Assembly: GCF_000018105.1 (NCBI RefSeq)
Contig: NC_009925.1
Coordinates: 5,040,001 to 5,072,000, forward strand
Source: Acaryochloris marina MBIC11017
GTDB taxonomy: Bacteria; Cyanobacteriota; Cyanobacteriia; Thermosynechococcales; Thermosynechococcaceae
Direction of reading: 5' to 3'
Length of the DNA stretch: 32,000 nt
The notes beneath the pieces were generated by a model. It made no database searches. It saw only the letters and a list, made by a program, of their open reading frames with translations, and was not told the DNA's origin. Positions 17,022-24,836 of the stretch are shown one piece after another. The first letter of the stretch is position 1. Every line of letters starts with the position of its first letter. Position numbers and translations under genes: made by a program.

Positions 17022-17723
17022 ATGACCCAACTGAATTTGGCTACCTGGGACAACCTGCTGCGGAAGTATGTCAATGACCAAGGCCAGATCGCCTATGACT
17101 CCTGGAAACAGAACTCCCTCGCAGAACTTGAACAGTGGTTAACGAATGTGAGGAACGTAGATCTGCAGGGGTTAGATAGACAACAAGCAATCGCCTTTCT
17201 CCTAAATCTATATAACGCCCTCACCATCCGCCAGGTGCTCCACCAGTACCCCATCGACTCCATTCGACCTCAGGTGTTGGGTATTCCCAACTGGCTCACC
17301 TTTCTGCGGTTCTTCACCCAAACGATCTTTACCCTCAACGGCCAATCCCTGAGCCTCAATACCATTGAGCACAAGATTCTCCGCCAGCAATATCCCGAGC
17401 CACGCATACACTTTGCCTTAGTTTGTGCCTCCGTTGGCTGTCCGTTGTTACGAGCAGAAGCTTATATCCCAGACAGACTGACTGCTCAACTGGAAGACGA
17501 CTGTGAACGGTTTATCAACAACCCAGACAAAGTTCGTTACGACGCTGCAAGTCAAACCCTTTACTGCAGCAAGATTTTCAAATGGTACAAAACTGATTTC
17601 CTTACCGTGGCGGACTCCATGCCAACTTATATTGGCCGCTATTTCAAAGACCCGCTCCCCCCTGATGTGACCCTGGTTTATCTACCCTATAGTTGGGATC
17701 TCAATCAATGCCTATCTTCGTAA
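17022..17723 (+). CDS. DUF547 domain protein
   Basis: 233 aa. AIAFLLNLYNALTIRQVL and EPRIHFALVCASVGCPLLR are the DUF547 signature blocks. Confidence 0.8.
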   Translation: MTQLNLATWDNLLRKYVNDQGQIAYDSWKQNSLAELEQWLTNVRNVDLQGLDRQQAIAFLLNLYNALTIRQVLHQYPIDSIRPQVLGIPNWLTFLRFFTQTIFTLNGQSLSLNTIEHKILRQQYPEPRIHFALVCASVGCPLLRAEAYIPDRLTAQLEDDCERFINNPDKVRYDAASQTLYCSKIFKWYKTDFLTVADSMPTYIGRYFKDPLPPDVTLVYLPYSWDLNQCLSS

Positions 17724-17779
17724 CGGTGCTCGGCTGGGTTCAAGATCGAATACGATTAAGGACCTGATCGACAGAGAGT

Positions 17780-18514
17780 ATGGAGCGCAACAACCTCGCC
17801 TTTTACGACCAACAAGCTGACCAGTGGTGGAATGAGACCGCAACCATCTTCCCCCTGAGTAAGCTGAATCCCCTGCGGTTTCAGTATTTTGATCGGTTTA
17901 TCCAGGATTGGAATGGACTTAAAGTTTTAGATGTGGGCTGTGGGGGTGGATATACCTGTGAATTTTTGGCCCAGCGAGGAGCAACGGTGACTGGAATTGA
18001 TCCGTCTGCTGCCTGCATTGAAGCGGCAAAACGCCATGCTGAACAGATGGGGTTGACCATTGACTACCACGTTGGCATGGGAGAAACCCTGCCATTCGGA
18101 AATGATTGCTTTGACGTCGTGGTTTGTGTGGATGTGTTGGAACATGTCAAGAGTGTTGCCACTACGGTGACAGAAATTAGCCGAGTAATAGGTCCAGGAG
18201 GGCTATTCTGCTTTGATACCATCAACCGTACTTGGCAGTCTCGCTGGCTGATGATCTGGCTACTAGAAGATGTACTGCGACAAATTCCTCGGGGAATTCA
18301 TGATTGGCATCAGTTTGTTCCCCCAGAAGACTTGCATCAACAGTTGGTGCATGTTGGGTTTTCACAAGTTACCCTCCAGGGATTTGATCTATTTGGCCGA
18401 ACACCTCTAGCCCAGATATCCAACTTGATTCACTTTCTAAAGACGGGGGAGTTTCGGGTTCAATTCGATGACAACACTGGAGTCATGTACATCGGTGCGG
18501 CTCAGATGAGTTAG
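17780..18514 (+). CDS. Class I SAM-dependent methyltransferase (UbiG-like)
   Basis: Motif I is VLDVGCGGGYTCEFLA. The N-terminal FYDQQADQWWNE...PLSKLNPLRFQYF resembles UbiG-type O-methyltransferases. Confidence 0.8.
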   Translation: MERNNLAFYDQQADQWWNETATIFPLSKLNPLRFQYFDRFIQDWNGLKVLDVGCGGGYTCEFLAQRGATVTGIDPSAACIEAAKRHAEQMGLTIDYHVGMGETLPFGNDCFDVVVCVDVLEHVKSVATTVTEISRVIGPGGLFCFDTINRTWQSRWLMIWLLEDVLRQIPRGIHDWHQFVPPEDLHQQLVHVGFSQVTLQGFDLFGRTPLAQISNLIHFLKTGEFRVQFDDNTGVMYIGAAQMS

Positions 18515-18604
18515 TGATGGAACGTTAATTGGCCGATGCCAGCTGGAATGTTCAAGAGAAGTTGAAGGCTGGGGTAGGGTCTTTAGTTGTAAATCCCTCC
18601 ATCA

Positions 18605-19375
18605 TTATTCACAGTTCTGGGCAGTTAAAATCGCGACTCTAATCGCGCTATCAATTGCCAAATCTTTATGGTCGAGATCTATCTGTTCATGTCGTGTTCT
18701 CTGGGCTAAGACACCGCAGACACAAGCCGCAGCAAAATGATAGACACCCGCCATTTTGAATAAGGTGCCTGCTTCCATTTCGTAGTTGAGGATGTTTAAT
18801 GCTCGGTATTCTTCTGTGATGTTTTGCAGAGAACGCAGCAGAGTTGGGTTTGCAGAATCGGTTCGTTCTTGGCCTTCATAAAACGTATCTACCGATGCCG
18901 TAATCCCCAGATGATGGGTGAGTTCTAGTTCTTTGGCGGCTTGAACTAAGGCGACAGTCAGAAATGGATCAGCAGAGGCCGGATATTCGATGGGTGCAAT
19001 ATCGTTGGCAGCTCCTTGGCGACAGAGTGCGGCCTGAGAAATAACGATACTGCCTGTTTTGACATGGTCTTGGATGGAACCACAGGTGCCGATGCGAATA
19101 ATTTTCTTGATGCCAATTTGGACTAATTCATTAACGACAATACTCAAGGAAGGGGCACCCATTCCGCTCGTTGCAGATAATATGGGACATCCGTTGGGTA
19201 AGACTCCCCAATAGCTATGCAGACCACGATTTTCTGATAGTCGCTGCACATTTTCTAAATATTGGTCGGCAATTTGATAGGCGCGTTGAGGATCGCCCGA
19301 TAATAAAGCCAATGTTGGGGGATTGCTACCAAGGTCATCCCGGTTAAAACCAATGTGGTACAGTGTTGAGCCCAT
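18605..19375 (-). CDS. Nucleoside phosphorylase (PNP/UDP family, uridine-phosphorylase-like)
   Basis: 256 aa. LLSGDPQRA, SATSGMGAPSLSIVVNELVQIGIKKIIRIGTCGS and NYEMEAGTLF follow the Udp/DeoD-type layout. Confidence 0.8.
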   Translation of the reverse strand: MGSTLYHIGFNRDDLGSNPPTLALLSGDPQRAYQIADQYLENVQRLSENRGLHSYWGVLPNGCPILSATSGMGAPSLSIVVNELVQIGIKKIIRIGTCGSIQDHVKTGSIVISQAALCRQGAANDIAPIEYPASADPFLTVALVQAAKELELTHHLGITASVDTFYEGQERTDSANPTLLRSLQNITEEYRALNILNYEMEAGTLFKMAGVYHFAAACVCGVLAQRTRHEQIDLDHKDLAIDSAIRVAILTAQNCE

Positions 19376-19600
19376 TTCATATGATGAGTTGGGGGAATAA
19401 ATCCAAAAGACCTGGGGGTATTCAATTCATACCTAATGGACTTTAGCAGAGATAACGACTTTTGGAGATAGTTCTGAAGTGATGCACCTCTATGGAAGTA
19501 ACGTTTTGTTCGAGGTGGTATCACTAGAGATGAGGGGGGCCAGCTCAAGATCCAATCTCAGGTATTCACAACCTACTCCCTAGCAATTAAGAAGACACCT

Positions 19601-21718
19601 ATGTTGAGTATCAGCATCAAAGTTCTTCCGCTAACGTCGGCTACATTGATTTTGCTGTCTCAATACACCCCTGCGATCGCAGCGTCAACCTGGATGCCGG
19701 AGTTTGATCCGGGCAAATCAGTCTATGTTGATCCAGCTTTGTCAGGGCATCCTATTGCCCCCTTCCAGTTCTCTCCCAAATTGGAGACTCAGCTCTCCCA
19801 GGAATCCAAAGAAGGTCTGCGCTATTTTGTGGTGGCGGCCCAACAAGGTAATGAGCCTATCCCTTCAGGTAAGCCCTTGGGAGTGGCAAAAGTCGATGAG
19901 CTGTTGTCAATCTGGACCACTCGCCCAGGCTTTCCCCGAGAGAACTATGTTGTCATCTTCTGGGTTCGTAAGCGTGTGAGTGTCTATAAAGGCTCAGTAG
20001 GAGTTAATGCGGGTAAAGCTGGTCGGGAAGCAGGTGTGCTTCCAGCACGGCTCTCCAGTCCCACTGGACTGGTCATTCCGGCGTTAAAAGCCAATATGCC
20101 TGCCGATCCTGAAGGGGCAATGATAGATATCGTCACCAATATTGAAAATCAAGTTACATCCTACCGAGAAACACAGGTCCGGCGTCAAAGAGCTGCTAAA
20201 GCCCGGCAAGAGCAGGAGCGGGTTGCTGCCCAAGAACGGGAGCAGTTTAACCAAAATCTTCAGTCCTGGTTGCAAGCATTCGTCAATGCGCTCCCATTTG
20301 TGGGAGGTATGGGTGGAATTGGCTTCATCCTGATGAATGGACGGCGGCGGAAAGCCAAGGCTCAAAAGCTAATTAATGAATGGTCAACCCTCTGCCAAAA
20401 TACCTCAAATCTTTATTTAGAGGTAGAAAATAATGAGCTACCGAAACTCCAGGCACTCCCCTTAGACATTGATGAGATGCTCAAGGCCAAGTTTGACCTA
20501 CTAGTGCATCGCTTAGCAGAATTTATGGCCTGGTCATCGGTTGCCAGCGAATTAGTCACCCAAGCTCAAGCCTTGTTAAACAAAGGGAAGTCTCGTCAAG
20601 CGATCTACACTCTAACGAAAGACAGTGTGATCGTTGAAAACAACAAAGTCCCAGTGGTTCTCGCCAGTTTACGTGGAGGGATCGATATTGCCCAAACGTT
20701 GATGGCTGATGAGCTTAAAAGTGGCCTAAACGATCAATGGCAATCCATAAAATCGGCTTTGAGCGAACTGCTCTCTATTCAACAAAGCTATTTGGAACTA
20801 TCCCAGAAAGATATATTCACAGTCCTACTGAAGCGTCCAGAAGAAATTTTAGACAAGCATATTCCAGAACTTAATCGTTATGGACTCCATCAAGGGGCCT
20901 TTGTGAATTCATCTCATGGGTTTGAGAACTGGGTAAGCGAATATGGGCAACTGATTCAACAGACTGAACTAGAATTCACATCCTCGCAAATCGTGAATTC
21001 AGTAGAGAACCAAAAGAAAGCAATTGAAATGCTAGATCGACTGGCATCTCGTATTCAACAAGCCGTCATGGATAAGAGAAAATGCGAGAAGGTGACCCAC
21101 CAGAATTTTTCTGGCAAGAAACTGGCAGAAAAAATTGCACAAGCTTCGACAGCCCTTGAGCAAGTAAAGACCCACTTCCCCCATGAGCCATACCTGCGAT
21201 ATGAAGCAAATGTGGAAAAAGCCTTAGCCGTGAAGAACGAGCAGTTTCCCCAGAACCACGCTCAATTTATTCAGGCTTATCAACAGAAGTATTTTAGTGA
21301 TGCTCTCAAGCGACTAGAGCAGACTCGCACTCTAGAAAAAGATTGGATGATGACCCTTACCCGAATTGTTGACTATCCAGTGAGACTTCAGGAAAAGAAA
21401 CGAATGCTGGAGAGGCAGCTAGAAAGCATTCAGCGCCGCAACCAAGCGTTGCAAAGTCGGCATCAGGTAGAGTTTGGCACCCTGGCTTGGAATTCATCAT
21501 CTCTGGACAGTCTGGAGAGCAGAATCGATGCACTTGAATATTCTGTCTCACGAGCAGAGGACGAACAACAGCGGGAATCATCTTCAAGCAGCTCTCTCTG
21601 GTCTGACGATAGCTCTTGGAACTCAAGTAGTGGATCGGATTTTAGTAGTTTTAGTGGTAGTGACTACGGTAGTAGCGGCAGCGATTATGGTAGTGGCAGT
21701 GGGGGTGGAGATTATTAA
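19601..21718 (+). CDS. Signal peptide + TPM-like domain + TM helix + long helical domain + Ser/Gly/Asp/Tyr tail (hypothetical)
   Basis: 705 aa. There is a signal-like N-terminus (LTSATLILLSQYTPAIAAS), and residues about 70-190 loosely resemble a TPM (YgcG-type) domain. One TM helix (ALPFVGGMGGIGFILM) is followed by RRRKAKAQK. The C-terminus is ...SSSGSDFSSFSGSDYGSSGSDYGSGSGGGDY. Confidence 0.75.
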   Translation: MLSISIKVLPLTSATLILLSQYTPAIAASTWMPEFDPGKSVYVDPALSGHPIAPFQFSPKLETQLSQESKEGLRYFVVAAQQGNEPIPSGKPLGVAKVDELLSIWTTRPGFPRENYVVIFWVRKRVSVYKGSVGVNAGKAGREAGVLPARLSSPTGLVIPALKANMPADPEGAMIDIVTNIENQVTSYRETQVRRQRAAKARQEQERVAAQEREQFNQNLQSWLQAFVNALPFVGGMGGIGFILMNGRRRKAKAQKLINEWSTLCQNTSNLYLEVENNELPKLQALPLDIDEMLKAKFDLLVHRLAEFMAWSSVASELVTQAQALLNKGKSRQAIYTLTKDSVIVENNKVPVVLASLRGGIDIAQTLMADELKSGLNDQWQSIKSALSELLSIQQSYLELSQKDIFTVLLKRPEEILDKHIPELNRYGLHQGAFVNSSHGFENWVSEYGQLIQQTELEFTSSQIVNSVENQKKAIEMLDRLASRIQQAVMDKRKCEKVTHQNFSGKKLAEKIAQASTALEQVKTHFPHEPYLRYEANVEKALAVKNEQFPQNHAQFIQAYQQKYFSDALKRLEQTRTLEKDWMMTLTRIVDYPVRLQEKKRMLERQLESIQRRNQALQSRHQVEFGTLAWNSSSLDSLESRIDALEYSVSRAEDEQQRESSSSSSLWSDDSSWNSSSGSDFSSFSGSDYGSSGSDYGSGSGGGDY

Positions 21719-21771
21719 CCGGAGATTGCTAGAGGCATTCAATCTTCGGAGTCCCACCCCAGTCTTTTGTT

Positions 21772-22269
21772 CTAAAGCTGAAAAATTGTTTTGATCAACA
21801 GCAACGTCAAGAAAGCGCATCCTAGAACGATAAGCACAGTCAGTAGGGTAATTCCCAATACAAAGAGAGGATTACCTTTCTTAGGGGGGGATGACACGGT
21901 CAGGTGTTGATCTACTAAAGCCATATTGCGGGTGTTGGCTTTCCAGGTAAAGTCGAGGAAGTCACCTATCCCCGGCACAATCCCCACCAAAGAGTCGAGC
22001 AGAATATTCACCACCATTTGCCAAACCACATCCTTGGGGATTCCCATCTGAGCCGCTTGGTAGACAATATAGGCTCCAACCGCACCGCCAACAACATCAC
22101 CACTCCCCCCCGCAATTCCTAGAAGGCCCAAGATCGGGTCTAGTCCAAAACGGAGTTTGGTACCCGGAATAGAGATGGAGTTGTCTAGCAAAAAGGCCAG
22201 ACGATGAAGCCGCTGGACTTTATCTGCCATTGGCTGTGATGCAGAATTTAGGGATTTAGATTCGGACAT
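21772..22269 (-). CDS. DUF4112 domain membrane protein
   Basis: 165 aa. LDNSISIPGTKLRFGLDPILGLLGIAGGSGDVVGGAVGAYIV matches the DUF4112 core motif. Confidence 0.75.
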   Translation of the reverse strand: MSESKSLNSASQPMADKVQRLHRLAFLLDNSISIPGTKLRFGLDPILGLLGIAGGSGDVVGGAVGAYIVYQAAQMGIPKDVVWQMVVNILLDSLVGIVPGIGDFLDFTWKANTRNMALVDQHLTVSSPPKKGNPLFVLGITLLTVLIVLGCAFLTLLLIKTIFQL

Positions 22270-22407
22270 GTTGCTCGCTTGCTATGCTGCTTTATCACTG
22301 AATTGGCTGCATTGCCATATTCCTGCTTGGAGACCGTATTTCTTTCCCTAATTTATACTTTTTCTAGTAAAATAGTACATATATACTATTAAAGGAATTG
22401 AATCGGC

Positions 22408-22884
22408 ATGGTCCAATACACCCTGAAAGAAGACCCAGAAGCAGTGATCAAGATTCCTGGTAAGGACTCCAAAAAGGCTCGCGAAAAAGCTATGAATCAA
22501 CTGATGGACTTGATGGATAGTGGAAAACTTAAAACCTCCCTCAATCAAGGCTTTAGTCCCAATGACTTCATTGAAGTCCAGACGACGGTTCCAACTAAGC
22601 CGTCTCCCCAGGAAGATGAAGTTGCTCAAGCGGTGCAAATCTTAAATCTCCTTGCCTCTCTCAAGTTGAAGATGCAGGAGTTGCAACAACAGGCCTTGAA
22701 AACTCGGGCAATTGTCGATTTACTATTCTCGGATGAACCCATTTCAGAAGAAGACGTTTTGCAGTTGAAAGAAGGGTTTAAAGTGCTGAAAAAATTTGCT
22801 CAAGCCAATATTCAATATCAGGAAACCCGGAAACGAGCTGAATCGGCAAGAGCTATTTTAGATCGGGCTTTGCAATCTAAGTAA
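22408..22884 (+). CDS. Hypothetical protein
   Basis: A 158-aa ATG-initiated ORF, charged and helical. No family recognised. Confidence 0.6.
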   Translation: MVQYTLKEDPEAVIKIPGKDSKKAREKAMNQLMDLMDSGKLKTSLNQGFSPNDFIEVQTTVPTKPSPQEDEVAQAVQILNLLASLKLKMQELQQQALKTRAIVDLLFSDEPISEEDVLQLKEGFKVLKKFAQANIQYQETRKRAESARAILDRALQSK

Positions 22885-22952
22885 AGGCTGGATAGGTACC
22901 GAGTATTGCGCCTCAATCATCCTGGGTCTGCTGGCAAGGCGACTGGCCGTTG

Positions 22953-23129
22953 TTAACGAGAAACTTCTTCACCCATCAGGGATGCGGCAATCGTCGCGAA
23001 TTGATTGATGCTCAGAGAAATACGTCCTTCCTGTGGGTAGGTGATGAGTTGAGTGGTGGTTAGACTCTCTGTCAGTTGCCTAATCATTTTTATGGGCACG
23101 TTGCGGTCTTGTTCACCGTAGAATCCAGA
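22953..23129 (-). pseudogene. Orphan C-terminal fragment of an alpha/beta hydrolase (58 codons + stop)
   Basis: My own translation of the minus strand is SGFYGEQDRNVPIKMIRQLTESLTTTQLITYPQEGRISLSINQFATIAASLMGEEVSR*. This is the G..D..vP (catalytic Asp) to GH (catalytic His, here GR) segment of alpha/beta hydrolases. A TGA lies directly upstream and there is no start. It is below the ORF-track length cut-off. Confidence 0.65.
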
Positions 23130-23721
23130 TCAAGGATATTTGAATTTCTTCTAAATTGAAGTCCCACTCATGGGTATATAAATACTTCTTTGGCAGTTTT
23201 GAAGAAGTTATCTATTTATCTTGCATTATCTTGAGCACATTTTTAAATAAACTTAATAACCAAAACAACACCAAAGAGCACAAAAAAGCATTTTTATTCT
23301 GATTCTTTACTTATAGGCTTCTATATAGATAGAAGCCCAATTAGATGCTGCGTTGGTGTTGAGGATTCTGTTAGTTATACTTCTGAGAGTGAATTTTGCC
23401 AAATTATTCGATTATCAATAGCATTTATCCCCTACTAACTCTGGGTTCTAGTCTAATAAACATCATGCAGCGCGATGCTCAGGAATAAGTATTGTGTAAG
23501 CGCTTTAAATTTCTGTTCGCGCCCCTGATGACATGGTTGCTAGGAGATGAGGGATGCAACCAGCTCATAACAAAGGACTCTAATTTATTGCATAAGTAAT
23601 TTTGCTGTAGAGCTATATCTAGATACGGATGAACCAATCAAGTGGATTGCTGTAAACACAAGAAGGGAAATTTGAGTAAGCGCTGCGCCAAAGATTTTGC
23701 ACTTAATAGTCAACTAAAAAT

Positions 23722-24765
23722 ATGCTATATCTTGAGCCCAAATATATAGATGCAGTAAAAAATGTTTCACAAGCTGCTGACTTATACTCTCTTTTGCAAA
23801 ATGCGATCCAGCTTGAGCATTCAACTATTCCACCATACTTAACTGCAGCATATAGTCTGAAACCTGCAAACAGCGAAATAAGGCGAATCATAGCTAACAT
23901 TGCTGCAGAAGAAATGTTGCATATGGCAATTGTTGCAAATATACTTAATGCGATTGGTGGATCCCCACAAATTTCTATTCCGGAATTTATTCCAAAGTAT
24001 CCAACTACATTACCGATGGGCATCATTGGTGGATTAGAGGTTGGGTTAGAAAGATTCTCCAAAGACTTAGTAAAGAATAAGTTTATGGAAATTGAGCAAC
24101 CGGAGAATCCTATTTTCGAAGAAAATGATTCTACCTCAACTGGGGCTTCAAGTTCTGATCTCGTAACAATTGGCGACTTCTATCGGGAGATCATAAATAA
24201 AATAAGTGAACTTGGAGATGATATTTTTACTGGCGATCCTGAATTACAGGTTGTCATGGGTGCGGGATTTCCCATTAGTCAGCTCTTTCCAATTACAAAT
24301 AGTGATACAGCAATTAGATCTCTTGAGTGGATTATTAAAGAGGGTGAAGGGACAACTAGACTACCCTTCGATGATGAAGATGAGCCAGCTCATTATTATC
24401 AATTTGAGGCAATTTTTGAAGGCCGCCAGCTTGATCCAGATGCAGAAGAAGAAGAAGAAGGGTATCCTTACACAGGTCGAGAGATTCGCTTCGATCCCTC
24501 AGAAGTCTGGGACTTTCCTAGTAACCAAAAAGCAGCTAACTATCCAGACGGTTCAGAAGAACGCAGGAGAGTCGATCAATTTAACCTAGCTTATTCAAAT
24601 ATTCTACGAGTCTTACAAGAGGCCTTCAATGGTAAACCAGAAGAAATAGGTGAATCAGTTTTCCTGATGGGAGGACTTAGAAGATTTGCACGAGATGTTG
24701 TTTCTAGGACTGATCCAAGGACAAACATGAAATGCGGGCTTACCTTTGAATTTATTGAAGAGTGA
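23722..24765 (+). CDS. Ferritin-like domain protein (VioB/RebD-type ferritin-like fold)
   Basis: 347 aa. LLQNAIQLEHSTIPPYLTAAYSL and AAEEMLHMAIVANILNAIGG (E...ExxH) are typical of the Pfam Ferritin-like family. There is an acidic insert (DPDAEEEEEGY). First gene of the low-GC operon. Confidence 0.8.
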   Translation: MLYLEPKYIDAVKNVSQAADLYSLLQNAIQLEHSTIPPYLTAAYSLKPANSEIRRIIANIAAEEMLHMAIVANILNAIGGSPQISIPEFIPKYPTTLPMGIIGGLEVGLERFSKDLVKNKFMEIEQPENPIFEENDSTSTGASSSDLVTIGDFYREIINKISELGDDIFTGDPELQVVMGAGFPISQLFPITNSDTAIRSLEWIIKEGEGTTRLPFDDEDEPAHYYQFEAIFEGRQLDPDAEEEEEGYPYTGREIRFDPSEVWDFPSNQKAANYPDGSEERRRVDQFNLAYSNILRVLQEAFNGKPEEIGESVFLMGGLRRFARDVVSRTDPRTNMKCGLTFEFIEE

Positions 24766-24836
24766 GAAATGCATATTTTTCGCAATTATTCTAGATGTCA
24801 ACAACACAAATAATGCAATCAGAATAGGAGAAAATA

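Noticed and set aside
19255-19548. 97-aa minus-strand ORF overlapping the 5' end of the nucleoside phosphorylase gene
   Set aside because: It sits in another frame overlapping a well-supported gene and its upstream region, and it has no recognisable features.
21357-21820. ORFs 21357..21626(-), 21474..21794(+) and 21623..21820(-)
   Set aside because: They are artefacts of the low-complexity Ser/Gly-coding tail of the 705-aa gene and of the convergent gene junction.
23528-23599. 23-codon ORF (MTWLLGDEGCNQLITKDSNLLHK) as a Trp/Cys-containing precursor peptide for the radical-SAM enzyme
   Set aside because: There is no ribosome-binding site upstream, it lies 120 nt before ORF1 in a region with many tiny ORFs, and no leader-like features are visible. 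It is worth a look only if homologous loci conserve it.
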